Assembly (NCBI RefSeq): GCF_036588685.1
Contig: NC_086374.1
Coordinates: 52,328,001-52,392,000, forward strand
Origin: Mytilus trossulus
Taxonomy: Eukaryota
Direction: 5' to 3'
DNA length: 64,000 nucleotides
Part shown: piece after piece, positions 1 through 13,495 of the stretch
How the letters are laid out: every line of letters starts with the position of its first letter
How positions within the stretch are numbered: position 1 is the stretch's first letter
Translations under genes and position numbers: made by a program
The notes under the pieces: model-generated
Database searches by the model: none
What the model was told of the DNA's origin: nothing
Seen by the model: only the letters and a program-made list of their open reading frames with translations

Positions 1-39
1 GAACCTGCAATACTTGTTGATCGCAAATAAATTCAAAGT

Positions 40-1320
40 GTTTTAGTACATGTTCAACCTAACATTTACTGTATTGACGTTAATTGAGACAGTTATGAAA
101 TGTTAAACATGATGTTGTGAAAAACATTGACACATTAAAGATAACAATTATGTAAATAGGCGATATCACAGATTAATATACCTAAATATTCAATGAATGT
201 CAACTATCACAATACAGCTATATATATCAGTTTTTTTCTCATGTCCAAGAAAAACTGATATGATACCGTATAGCGGGTTATTTTCGCGGGTGTAAAATTT
301 CGCGATTTTCATTGATTTTCATTGAACAAGGTATACGAAATATTTTAGCGGTTATTATTTTGGCGGATGAAACTTTTATTAATACCTTTGCATGAACACC
401 TTTAATTTGGCGGAATTTATTTTGGCGAATTTCTTCTATCCGCGAAAATAAGCGAAAACTTACACCCCGCGAAAATAACCCGCTATACGGTATCTTGGTA
501 AAACAACACGTTTTTCATTTTCTAAGTTCATATAAAAAATATAACAACAGCGCGGACGTGACAGATATCACCGTTTATTATTTGCAATGTACATTTTGAT
601 GAAAAAAACATGTATCATATTGGCGTTAATTGACACAGTTATATTATATTAAATGTGCACTCGATGTTGTGAAAACTATTGTCATATTAAAGGTAACACG
701 TATGGAAATAGCCGATCTCACAAATTCATTTACTTGAATTTGCAATGAGTGTCAATTATCACAATAAAGAATTATATCAGTTTTTTTCTTATGTTGAAGA
801 AAACTGTTTGCTCATTAATTAACAACAACGTGGACGTGACAGAGAGCACCGTTTGTTATTTGCAATTTACCGGTACCAGTAAGGTGAAATAAACAATATA
901 GAATTATATCAGTTTTTTCTCATGTTCAAGAATATCTGTTTGGTCATTAAATTTGATAACGTGCAAAAACAACAGATCATAAAAAAAAGTATCACAACAA
1001 CAACGCTGACGTGACAGATAGCATATTTTGTTATTTGCAATGGACATTTGGGTGAAATAAACAGCTTTGTTGACGTTTATTGGCACAGTGCACTCAATTT
1101 TGTGAGGGGGTTATTACAGTTAAGGTAGCATGTACGTAAACAGGCAATCTCACAGATCTCTATACTTATACATTTTTGACATTTATATTATTATTTTCTG
1201 GATATTCAAATTGCATATCTTAATTTCAAATCACGGATGGCATTCGAAGAACAGATGGAAATTATCCTAAATGGGACTGGTATTGTCTTTCAATTATCAA
1301 CTGATTACACCCCAGCTGTA
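40..1320. repeat. Degenerate tandem sub-repeat, ~300-330 bp full unit (core ACAACAACGCGGACGTGACAGA); sister blocks at ~4490-5420 and ~11600-12310
   Basis: Core motif at ~545, 825, 1000, 4757, 5090, 11717 and 12021. Spacing is 333 and ~303 bp in the later blocks and shorter (deleted units) in the first. Confidence 0.85.
266..490. mobile_element. 225-bp Tc1/mariner-pogo-type MITE
   Basis: TIR CCGTATAGCGGGTTATTTTCGCGGG / CCCGCGAAAATAACCCGCTATACGG with TA duplicated at 264-265 and 491-492. Empty site TATGA-TA-TCGTGTTAAAACAACACG is present in the sister repeat at ~11964. Confidence 0.92.
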
Positions 1321-1879
1321 ACGTGTTACAAAGTTATTATGACATAGTTTAATATAGTGGCTGTTAAATTTGTTGATTCGCAGAAATTTATTTTGAATTA
1401 AATTAGAAATGTTTTATAAAAATACACACGATTCAGGCGAAGTTGTTTAATCCTGGTTTCAGAGTTTACAGATAGTAACCAATGAAGAGTACAATATAAA
1501 TGACAGATAGTGAGCAAAACTAAATAAAATTTGCATAAAGGTATGGGAATATTAGAGTTCTAAAATGAGATTTCTTATGAGATATAACAAAGCCATGATG
1601 ACAATCGGTTTATCTTGTGTATTTGTTAAGGTCGATGATAATTTCATAGATCTTAAGTGTTCGGAGCGTTATTGTTCAATTAATTTTAATTTCTTCAATC
1701 GAATTATAAGTATCATGCGAATTATTTACTACCAACTGTCTAAAGCTAACGTTATCTTTCGTTGCCCAACATATACATACATAGCAACAATGATACTAAT
1801 TATACTGCACCTGTAATTCAATAACAAAAGACTCGTTAGAAAGCCCCGAACTCAAATTGGACAACTCTGAGTAAAAAAT

Positions 1880-2062
1880 CCAAGGAAATTCAAGCGTAAT
1901 GTCCTTTATAAAATGTCAAAATCGAAAGATCAAACACATCAAACGAAAGGAAAACAACTTTCATATTCCTATCTTTGAACAGTCATTTACTTTTGTAGAC
2001 AATAGTGGATTAAACCTGGTTTTATAGCTAGTTAAACTTCTCGCTTGTATGAGTCGCATAAA
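1880..2062 (+). repeat. Dispersed repeat fragment (CATATTCCT..GGATTAAACCTGGTTT), related to family B; unclassified
   Basis: Shares the CATATTCCT(GACTTGGT)ACAG / GTGGATT(G/A)AACC block seen in reverse at 6560-6640 and 14050-14130. Confidence 0.55.
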
Positions 2063-2911
2063 AAAGGACAGTCATCTGAGGTTACATTCGTTTTGAAATA
2101 TCCAGTGTTTACGGATAGTATCTGTTTCGCGAGTAAAATTTTTGGCTTTGGCACTGATGTGAGTCTAAAAGGCTATCATTTAAATAGATGGTCTCAAATC
2201 TAATAAACTAACTGATCTTGTGTGTTTGGTCGTATATCAAATAGTACGATACAAATCATTTTTCTTCTTCCAAAACAGCGTAGTAAAACAAAAAGAGTTT
2301 CCACTAACAGTCTTTGGCAAGAGTCTATTTCTTTCCAAGAAATTGTCCAAAGTAATCACTTGACGATTTGAAGAACATATGGTTTAATGTGAATAGAAAC
2401 TCAAACAGCCTTTAATTTACCCTGTAATAAATTTTAGATTCATGTTCTGCTGTATAGATGGTGTAAGCTAACTAAATATTTCATAGTTTGGAGACTATGT
2501 TGAATGCAATTTACCATCACAATTGATTCAAATAAACCACAGAGATAGTTTAGTTTGCGTATTATCTTGACTTTCAATAGAGAGTGACGTTGATGGTTGG
2601 TGAGGATTGAAGCTTTACTAAAGAATAAAAAAGACGATTTTATCAATTGGAAAATTGTAACTTGTTTGTAATAACTTCCCATGCCACCTGCATATTGAAT
2701 ACGTGTTTCTAGGACGATTCAAGATTCAATAGCATTCGTTTCAAACTTTGAATTATTTTTTTATTGACTCTGTATGATTTGCTCGTCTGTAATTGAATGT
2801 ATATGTCAAGAGTAACATTGTGAATGATAAAGGTGTCAAAAACACAGTGCCGTTATCTTTTCTTTGTGACATTGCCGTATGACACTTCTCTCAGAATTTG
2901 GTATTTGTAAT

Positions 2912-3092
2912 GAAAAACACGACGAATTCCACACGCAGAGAAGAATCAGTTTACCCATTTATATAATCTGAGATCAACGGCAGTTTGTTGAAGAGGTTCT
3001 TGATGGTCATATGTGCTTTGTCACGGTGTTGTATGTTATAGAACAATCTCTTCGACTTGTGATTTAATATTGCCTCTTTGATATCTTTAACT
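2912..3092 (+). repeat. Dispersed SINE-like repeat (family D) fragment; related 3' ends at 3728-3762, 19885-19957, 54010-54105 (-), 55935-55993
   Basis: Shared terminal motif (GA)GTTTGACTGTCCCT(T/C)TGGTAT(T/C)TTTCGTCCCTCTTTT in variously decayed form. Confidence 0.55.
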
Positions 3093-4056
3093 TTTTTCTT
3101 TTGTTTTTTTGAATTTAATATTTGTTTTTTGAACTTAAAAATATGTTTATCATAATGATATTATTTAGTCGTTTTTGTTAAATTCCTTCACATCTTGTCT
3201 ATCAAAAGGCCGAACAAAAGCTTATAATACGTTGCAGACGTTTTATTATCGCTTCAAATCGTATGTTGAGGTTTTAATGTCCATTTAAAATGGAATAAGT
3301 TGTTGAATATTTTTTGGGTTTATATAGTTAATCTGTATTGACCCTTAAATGATACTTCGTGAATCAATAGTTTAATCTTTAGTGTGCAAATTCGTGTTTA
3401 CTGTATCTGTTTGAATTTTCTGTCTATAAATCCGATTATCATTTATTTTCCAAGTTAAAAAAAACTAGGCAAAACATTGATAGAATAAGCATGAAGACTT
3501 AAGGCTTTTTTAACTTGTTTTATTTATATTCCAATGTTATCCTATTGATAAATGATCTGTTAAGATTCATTAATTTATAATACTAGTATACTAGTAACAG
3601 CAAGTGACTTAATTTTTTTTTGTATGCCAGTTTAACGAACAGAAAACACATGTTTGGTACATACACAAAAAATTGTTTCGTGTCAAGCCAGGATCTAGTA
3701 ATTGTTCATCTCTTGGTTAAACATCACCCTTGACTGTCCGTCTGGTATTTTTCGTTCATCTTTAGAATCGTTTAGTATGCATGTGGAGAAACGTAACCAA
3801 TAGTTAAAATTCGGTTGTTCGATCTCTTTTAAAGCTTTGGTTACATAAAGCACGGTTTAATTTTGAATGACTGTCAATTTTCAAAATAAAGAATCATTTG
3901 CACTTTCTTATTTCCAAGAAAAGCTGTATAGTCCTTAAATACGATTACGAACATGTTTTTCGTCGTCCAATTTCATAAAATAGTACATAAAACAGGAATA
4001 AGGACGTGTTATCTCACCTCTGTTATTATGAATACACAATTTGGTGATATAATATA

Positions 4057-4490
4057 AAAAAGAAGATATAATGTGATTGCCAATGAGACAACTATCCACA
4101 AAAGACCAGAATGACACAAACATTAACAATTATAGGTCACCGTACGGCCTTCAAGAATGAGCAAAGCCCACACCGCATATAGTCAGCTATAAAAGGCCCC
4201 GATAAGACAATGTAAAACAATTCAAGCGAGAAAACTAACAGCCTTATTTATGTAAAAAAAAATGAACGAAAAACAAATATGTAACACATAAACAACCGAC
4301 AACCACTGAATTACAGGCTCCTGACTTGGGACAGGCAAATACATAAATAATGTGGCGGGGTTAAACATGTAAGCGGGATCCCAACCCTCCCCCTAACCTG
4401 GAACAGTGGTATAACAGTACAACATAAGAACGAACTATAACAATCAGTTGAAAAAGGCTTAACTCATCAGATAGACAAAAAATGAAAGTA
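4057..4490 (+). mobile_element. Dispersed repeat family A (AAGATGTGGTATGATTGCCAATGAGACAACT... head), unclassified
   Basis: Near-identical to 29830-30140. Further copies or fragments at ~10790-11150, 33560-34070, 47045-47125 (-), 47970-48100, 48340-48410 (-), 50372-50500, 52537-52670, 58630-58990 and 60940-61120 (-). Confidence 0.8.
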
Positions 4491-5964
4491 AACATGTATA
4501 ATATCGGCATTAATTGACACAGTTATAATATGTTAAACCTGACTCGATATTATGAAAAATATTGTCAAATTAAAGGTTACAAGTATACAAGTAGGCGATC
4601 TCCCAGATTCATTTATCTTAATTTTCAATGAATGTCAGTTATCCCAATAAAGATATATATATATCAGTTTTTGTCATGGCCAAGAAAAACTGTATGGTCA
4701 TTAAATATGATATGGTATTAAATCAACACGTTTTTCATCGTATTGAAAAAGTATAACAACAACGCGGACGTGACAGAGAACACATTTTGTTATTTGCATA
4801 ACATATAATCGTGATATAAACATGTATCATATTGGCGTTAATTGACACAGTTTGATATGTTAAACGTACATTCGATGTTATGAAAAGTATTGTCACATTA
4901 AAGGCAACAAATGTGTAAATATGCGACCTCACAGATTAATTTACCTACATTTCAATGAATGTCAATTATCATATTTAATAATTATATCAGGTTTTGTTCA
5001 TGTCTTAAAAAAACCAGTTTGGTCATTTGATATAACAATGTGTTGAAACAACACGTTTTCCATCGTCTAAGATCATAAAAAAAGTACAATAACAACGCGG
5101 ACGTGACAGAGAGTACATTTTTTTGCAAAACACATTATAATGAAATAAACATGTAGTATATAGGTGTTTTTTTTTGCAATTATTCTTTTTAAAAAAAAGC
5201 ACTCAATCTTATAACGAGTATTTTCACAATAAAGGTAAACGTATATATACAGGCGATCTCACACATATCAATACTTAAATATATTTATTTTATAGAAGTA
5301 TTTTTTGGATATACAATTTGCATATCTTAATTTCAAATCACAGTTGTCATTCGACGAATAAATGAAAATTTATCCTATACAGGACTGGTATTGACGGTCG
5401 ATTACCAACTGTTTACACCTACTGCAACAGCACTCCCATGACCATTGCTAGTTGCTTGTAGTATGAGTGTGTTAGTATTTGGTCTAAATACCAAAGCACT
5501 AAATATAATGAGAATACAATAAACAAAATACGATCTGTAATTGGATATCCATCGAAATTATTACAATTGCAAGTGTTAGAAAATGAAGTATAACAGATAT
5601 TGTACATTTTTGTAAGCTCAGTATTCATATTACTGGTATAATAGAAAAGACAGATGTAAGGTAAGTATATATAGGATAAAAAGAAATAAACAATGTACAA
5701 AGTTGATTTATCATTCATTACCCATTTAAAGTAAACCAGGAAACTTTTTGATTAATAACAAAAACTATAATACTGTTGAATAATGCTGAAACGAAACAAT
5801 ATCCAAGGAATCCATACATTATTTCAATTTTTTAGATTTTTGTTTTTATGTTTCTGTTATGATTTCGTTTGAATAATCTGTATTGTCTGATCGTTTGTGG
5901 AATAAATAGTTATAAAACTGCCTTTCCATACCATCATTGTCATGAAAATTGTTTGGACAAATAA

Positions 5965-6330
5965 AGTAGTATACCACTATTTAAAACTCATAAATCTATG
6001 GACGAAAAACAAAATCGGGGTAACAAACTAAAACTGAGGGAAACGCATTGAATATAAGAGGAGAACAACGACACAACATAAAAATGTAATACACACAGAA
6101 ACGGACTAAGCATTAGACAAAATCCTATGAGAATAAAAAATATAACATCAAAACCAAAAACATGGATATGGGATAGATATGTACCATGACACGTCTTATA
6201 GTAATGTGAATTCACACTAAAACATAAGAAGAAAACAAACGACACAACGGAAACACAAAGTTAAAATGTAACACACACAGAAACGAACTATAATATAACA
6301 ATGGCCATATTACTGACTTAGTACAGGACA
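5965..6330 (+). repeat. Dispersed repeat family B (GTAGTATACC..TCATAAATC..CAAACTAAAACTGAGGGAAAC); other copies 6553-6820 (-), 14034-14312 (-), 16171-16300, 56040-56290
   Basis: Shared motifs seen in both orientations. Absent from the sister unit at ~13300. Confidence 0.7.
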
Positions 6331-7176
6331 GGACGAGTGTTGCGAAAATAATTGTATAAAGTTCGAGATTGAATATTAGATACGTATGCTCGTCACTGTT
6401 TTTTTATCATGTGGTGGTGTTGGTTGTCGATGGAGTATTTTCATGGTTGTTCTGCTGTTTGCCTTTTTGTGTTTCTCTGTTATTTACGTTTTTTGAGTGT
6501 TTGTGCTGTATTACTTTCAAGTGGTTTTTTAGTGATATGTTTACCAGTGTCATAAAGCGGGAGGTTAAACCGGGTTCAATCCACCATTTTTTACTTGAAA
6601 TGTCTTGTACCAAGTCAGTCAGGAATATGGCAGTTGTTATGAAATAGTTTGTTTCTATATATATCGGAATTTGTTTTTGTTGCATGAAAATGTTTCTGTT
6701 GTTCCTTTGTTTTCCTCTTAAGGTTTGTATTTTTCCCTCAGTTTTAGTTATTAACCCGGATTTGTTTTCTCTCAATCAATTTATGACTTTTGAACACTGG
6801 AATACTACTGTGGCCTCTTGTTATGATACTTCGTAAAACAATAGTTTAAGCTTGCGTGTGCGAATTCAAATTTTATCTAGTATGTAAGACATTTATTTCA
6901 AGTGAAGAAATTCTAGTACGCCAATGTGAACGAGATTTAAGTCATTTTGATGGATTATATTTTTAGTATTAAGGTCAATATTATGTCAGACAGGGAATTC
7001 TTAATTGTCATTGATGTGGTTATATTTATAAATTGACTGTTAACAAATTTTTGATTTTTTTTTTACCTCAGGCATAGATAACTTTAGCTGTATTTGGCAA
7101 AACGTTTAGGAATTTTGGTCCTCAATGCTCTTAAACTTCGTATTTTATTTGGAATTTTTAACTGTTTTGGATTCGA

Positions 7177-7220
7177 ATGTCACTGGTGAGTCTTTTGTAG
7201 ACGAAACGCTCGTCTGGCGT
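7177..7220 (+). ncRNA. Type I hammerhead ribozyme remnant (family 1) inside a ~260-bp retrozyme-like insert (~7005-7262)
   Basis: GTCA-CTGGTGA-GTCT(TTTGT)AGAC-GAAA-CGCTCG-TC-TGGCG. The core has CUGGUGA instead of CUGAUGA, so it is probably inactive. The insert is absent at the sister site (~14530). Confidence 0.75.
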
Positions 7221-7859
7221 ATATACTTAATTTTGTCGTGGTATCTATGATGAGTTTGTTTATTATTAACTAATTTAAAGTTATATTTTAGAGAACAATC
7301 TTGCTCTTTTCGTAAATTCCTTATACGGTGTTCTGGTAACCTATTCGAGATTTCCCTTTCCTTTGACAGCCTAAGTTTTCATCCCTCAATGTGCTTGAAA
7401 AAAGCACGAATTGAATTTAAGCAAACATCATTTTGTCAATAATGGTTTTAATATAGTTCAAGATTGAATAACTAACATTTAGTTTTATAAAGAGAAATAT
7501 GCATCATCTTGTTAAGTAACAATTTCATACAAGCTCTTTCTTACCTAATTGTTTGCAAAAAGCATGTCTGTTTTTATAAGTAATAAGCACTCATTTTCCA
7601 CTATAAATCTTGAAATTTTCCTCAGTAAAGTAATACAATTATTAAACTGTATCGTAGTAACAAATCATCCTCGCTATGGAAGGTAATAAATACTCATAAC
7701 GCAGAGATTTGAAGTGCATTAGTTATCGGTACAATGAAACATGTTCATAAGTAATGTTATAAAAACAGAAGAATACTTAACGTTGGAAGTATAATTAATC
7801 AACGAATCTAAAGGAAAAAAGTCTAATTTATATCCCTGCAATGATTTCTTCAATAAAAG

Positions 7860-8531
7860 AGATTAAATCAATTTAATTGTGTGCAAAAAGTGTGAAGAAC
7901 ATTCATTTCGTAATTTAAGCTCTTCAAATAAGTTGTGCATTCAAATATTATTGAAAAGCATTGCAGTTAAACAAAGTCCTAGCATAGATTAGGAGTTCGT
8001 GTGGTTCAATATATAAGCTATTGGCGTTTTTTTCTTAAAAAACGGAATAAACAATTATTTCAGGAAAAGATGCACGCATGCAAATAAGATGATAGGGATT
8101 GTAAAAAACCATATCCAAGTAAAAACTAACAGCACACTTCATTCGTTTAAAATTTTATTATTGTTTACGATCATATATGTACAGTTGAAGGAGAGATAAA
8201 GTCCATTTTAGTTCGACTAGCTACCATGAAGGTAACAGGTATTCTTCGTACAAGTATTAATTTAAGAATTATTTAGTAGCTGTAATTTGCAATCTTTTAG
8301 GAATTTGTACATGAGGAGCTGCAGTAGTTATGATATATGGAAAGAATTAAAACATACATATGTGGAATAGTTGCTGATGAAACAGTAATTCACATCAACA
8401 CCAAATTTGTAAACAAATTCAGAGAAACATAATTTTCAACGATCAGCAAACCTCTTACAGTAAAGTCAACAGTTGCAGTACATGGATAACAAATTGAGAA
8501 ATAATTTGGGGCGTTACGCGCTCACAAACAT
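7860..8531 (-). pseudogene. Decayed GPCR-like pseudogene, copy 1 (TM3-TM5 deleted)
   Basis: TM1-2 'LFLNLLSMYCNC*LY..VDVNYCF', then a jump to TM6 'VLLVFTWIWFFTIPIILF' and TM7 'AYILNHTN(x)LIYART' (frameshift). Confidence 0.5.
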
Positions 8532-9536
8532 GTTTAACCCGAGTATTCATTTATATGCTTGTCCAAAACCCTAAGGGTTGTCGTAAATTGCCGTCTATGT
8601 TTCGACATTGGCTTACAATCATGAATTTTAAAAAGACGATACAAGGTACCAAGGACAATTCGAACAAAATGAATAGACCTTATAAAGCAGACAACAATAT
8701 CATCAATAGGAAAACAAAGGGCAAAAGACAAGAATAACTTTAAGGAACAATGAGCCTACCAAGCATCCCGAATAAACTCAGTTACATCGCATTCTGATCA
8801 ACAATATCGATTATATGCTAACAAAAAACAACAAAAACACAAAAGACAACCTATCGATCTTAACATGCTTAAGGTGCTCAAGTACTTGCATTTACCGAAG
8901 TTAGATCAAAGTGCAATTTAAACTTTTATTTTACATAAATATTGTTTTAATAGACTATGTTTTCGTAGACAACAACACATTATAAAAAAGGAAAACAAGA
9001 ATTTAATGATGTCTGTCCACGATGACACACTGGTTTACAATTAAGTCTCAATATCAAATCGTATCAGAATTTGTAAACCAATACAGAACAACTTATAGTT
9101 TTTAACGATCACAAAACCTCTTACAGTAAAATGAACAGTTGCAGTACATGGATAACAAATTGAGAAATATGAAATGAAAAAATATATAAACAGATTCCCA
9201 AACTATTTGGAGCGTTACACGTTCACAAGCATAATATGAGCGTTACACGCTCACAAGCATAATAGATTCTTCAGTAATGCTCAACGCCAAAATATTTCAA
9301 AATTCAAAATCTTTGAAGACCCGATCAATAAAAAAATCACATTGAGTATGGCCGAACAGTCAACAAAATATGCAATCAGATACATTATGATAAGCAATAT
9401 GTTATATACAATATAAATTGATATCTACCAGTAAGTAATAATCTTTCCTGTTAGTGTTTCTAATATAAGTTTCAATGGATATTATCAGCTCTTCAAAGTT
9501 TAAATAAGTTTTGTACTTTCAATAGTTTGCCCTCAA

Positions 9537-9580
9537 ACATCACTGACGAGACATTGCTTGTCATAATGCACATCCGGTGC
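9537..9580 (+). ncRNA. Hammerhead ribozyme remnant (family 2), decayed
   Basis: CATCA-CTGACGA-GACA(TTGCT)TGTC-ATAA-TGCACA-TC-CGGTG; the GAAA box is mutated. Confidence 0.6.
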
Positions 9581-12500
9581 AGTAAAATTGGTATCGGCAA
9601 TGCGATAATTACAACTTGGTTGATACATGTACCTCTAACGGTGTCATTAGCACAGTAGCAATTACTTTGCGTACTGATATGAAGATACGACCATTGTTTT
9701 ATCTAAATTTATTAGCTTTTTATGTAAATGTATATTTATTATACATGTAAATGTAGTTACTAATGACTATGATATAACAATATTTTTATTTCTAATTTTC
9801 TGACAAAATAAGGTAAATTTTGGGGTTAAAAGAGTTCCTTAGAACACAATCTGGCTTTTATTCCTCTTGTGAATAGAATATTTCTTTAATCAAAAAGCTA
9901 TTGTCTGCTTTCATTAAAAGCTCTTGTGTCTTAATTCAATCAAACGATATTTGTTGCTGAAATCTTGGATTTATTGAATTGTTTTCCTTACACCTGTTAA
10001 CAAATGGCTTTGAATATACACAATGTAAATAATGAGGTTTCTGCACAATGATTTTGTGCAATATCAATCACAAACTATTGGTAATAAATTGAGCGTATTA
10101 AATCATTTGAATAGCTTAATTTGATTTGTCCTGTTTCGAGTGAATGACTTTGAAATATCCGTGTCATTACACGCCTACTGCTTTTAAGTCTCTATTTTCA
10201 AAACATTTATAACATGATAATTCAATAACACCTGCCAAGTTTTAAACAGTTCACCTTTACTTTCATCCAAAGTCAAAACACAACTAAGCCTATCCCAAAC
10301 TGATATTTTCTTGAAGACAATTAATAACGTTCGAAATATCTTTTGACATGCCCCATCATGACCTTACACAAATATTATAAAACAGGCACTTGCTAGCAGA
10401 AATAACATGCTTGAAATCAATTTGAGTTACGTAATGCCAACCATTTTCGTTAAACCTTTATTGCTCTCAACTTTGGTTTGTCAGACATCTATTTCCCACG
10501 GTATCAATTGTGTATTCAGTATTATTGATAGTTTGTATATGGCTATTAAAGTGTTCTGGGAATTATAATGTCAAGAAAATATTTGAATCTCTTTGGTTAG
10601 AATAATTTGCAAACGTACAAGAGATTTATTGCATTTGTGTTCTGAATGATATTATACTAAGGATAAAATTGTGACTGAATTGTGCTTTATTTGTTCTTGT
10701 GGTCTTTTTAATGTCTCGTTGTAGAATGATTATATTTGAGGATGACTGTCTTTATGTAATCATAAGAGGCTAAATGACATAGAAATGATAAAATATAGGT
10801 CACAGCACTAATTTAACATAGAGCAAAGTCCATACCGCCAATTTTAAGTCCAATATAAAAAGCCCCGAAATGACAAAAGTAAAACAATTAAACGAGAAAA
10901 CTTACGACTTAATTTGTGTACACAAAAAACAAATATTTAACACAGCTACAAATGAATACCACTGTATTACAGGACAGGCATTTAAGGATGTGACGGAGTT
11001 ACACATGTCAGCGGTAACAAAACCCTCCCCTAACCTGGAACAGTTATTTAACATTACAACATAAGAACAAACTATAAAAATCAGTTGAAAAGGCTTAAAT
11101 TATCAGATTGATAGAATTAGTAATGCATCTTAAAAAAACACAGAGTTGACGTGGACATCCCCCCAAAAAATATTGATAGAATTAGCATGAAGACTTTTTA
11201 ACCTCGTTTTTTATATTTCAAAGTTATCCTATTGATAAATGATCTGTTAAGCTTCATTACTTTATAATATTGGTAACAGCAAGTAAGTTAATTTTGTGTA
11301 TTTCTTTTTATGCCAGTTAAACGGACAGAAAACATATGTTGTTGTGTAATTTCTTTCACTTTTCTAGCAAATTAGAATATCGACTGTTTCATTGCAGACT
11401 TAGTACATACATGAAAAATTGTTTCACATCAAGCCAGGATCCAGTTGTTTATATCTTGGTATAACATAATACTTGGTTGAATCTTTAAGAATGTATGTCG
11501 GGAAACGTAACCAATAGTTGAAATTCAGTTGTTCGATCTCTTAAACTTTGGTTACGTAAATCATGGTGAAATTTTAAATGAATGTCAATTTTCAAATTGA
11601 AGAATCATCAACACTTTTCTCATATCCAAGAAAAGCTGGTTGATAATTGAATACGACTACGTGTTCAACAAACATGGTTTTTTTTATCGTCCAAGCAAAT
11701 ACAATAGTAAAAAAAAACAACGTGGACGTGACAGAGAGCACGTTTTGTTATTTATAATACACAGTCAAGTGATATAAATATGTATTCTATTTTACGGTTA
11801 TTGACACAGTTATTGTATATTAAATGTGCATTCGATGTTGTGAAAAACATTGTCGCATTGAAGGTAGCTAGTATGCACATTAATTTACATAAATATTCAA
11901 TGAATGTCAATTATCACCATAATGAATTTAGTGAGGTCCAAGAAAAACTGTTTGGTCTTTAAATATGATATCGTGTTAAAACAACACGTATTTCATTGTC
12001 TAAGTTCATTTAAAAGTACAACTACAACGCGGACATAGCAGAGAGCCTTTTTGCAATGCATTTTATGGTGAAATCAACATGTTACTTCGTATATCGGCGT
12101 TTATTGAAATGCACTCGATGTTAAACGCGAGCATTTTCACAATTAAGGTACAAATACGTAAACAGCCGATCTCACATATCTCCATACTTAAATTACTATT
12201 TTCATGATATTCAATTTGCATATCTTAATTTCAAATCACGGTTGTCATTCGACGAACAGAGGAAAATTCTTCTCAATGGTATTGACGGTTGATTATCAAC
12301 TGATTACACCTTCCCTGAAACGGCACTCATAAGTCCTAGTAGCCAGACGTATGAGTGTGCTGGTATTGACTCTAGATCCCAAAGCATTGAATCTTGAGAA
12401 GAAGAAAACAAACACGGCCTACAATTGGATTTACAGCAAAATTGCAATAATTGTTTTGAAAAGGTAGAGATATGACAAGTTCAGTGTTCATACTATATAT

Positions 12501-13495
12501 AATACAAAAGGAAGATGTATGGAAAGGTGTATTACGAATAAAAAAATCAACAATTTACAAAGTTTATTTATCATTCATAACGCAATAAAAAGTAAAATAT
12601 GAAACCTTTGATGCTAACCAGAGCTGTTATACCGTTACACAATGCAGAATATTGTGGAAACGAATCAAAATCCAAAGAATCCATTCAGTGTATTTCAAAT
12701 TGGTTATTTATACGTACGGGCTTTAATCGGTATTAACAAAGATCAACACATTTGAGACAGGGTAGTATGACTTTGTCATAAAACCTTTAGCAATAAGCTT
12801 ATCTAGAGACGACATTCACATTCTTCACCTCTACCTTTAAGTGTACATCTAACTGCTGATATCAGAAAATATTCTGTATTTTTATAAATTGTTACTGATT
12901 GAAACATTTTTATACGTGTTACAAAGTTATAATGACTTTACAATGTTGTATGACTTGTCTCGGCATATTGTACAACCAACATTCATGTATTTTTTTAATG
13001 TCTTTTATGATCTTGGTTTAACAAAGTTGATGAGTTTATTTATGTCGCAGCGTCTGTTGTTCAAATAATTATTAATTTCCATTCTATTTCATCATTTTCA
13101 TATTCCCGAATAGGATAGTATACCGAATGGAATTTTGCATTACTGTCCGGTGTGTCTCAGTGTTTCCTACATTCAACATTCATGGATTATTTTTTCTGTT
13201 ATGACTTCGATGGGATAATCTGTATTGCCTTATCGTTTGTTGGTCAAATTGTTATAAAACTGCATCTCCATACAATCATTGTCATAAATTGTTTGGACGA
13301 ATATTGTGAAAATAATTGTATAAAATATAGATTTCATGTTAGTTACGAATCAGGTGGTGTTTTTTCATTAATTGATTATTTTCAGTATCTTTCTGTATTT
13401 TGTGTCGACTATCATATTTATTTGCGCGTTTCTCTGATATTAATGTTTTTGCGTTTGTATGTACTTAATTTCTTTCACGTAGTCTTTTAGTAAAA

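Noticed and set aside
820-875. Ankyrin-like 'LINNNVDVT' reading of the sub-repeat on the plus strand
   Set aside because: The period is not 99 bp and no TPLH-type motif follows in frame.
6369-6775. 92- and 122-aa ORFs
   Set aside because: They overlap dispersed repeat family B and T-rich sequence and are not conserved in the sister unit.
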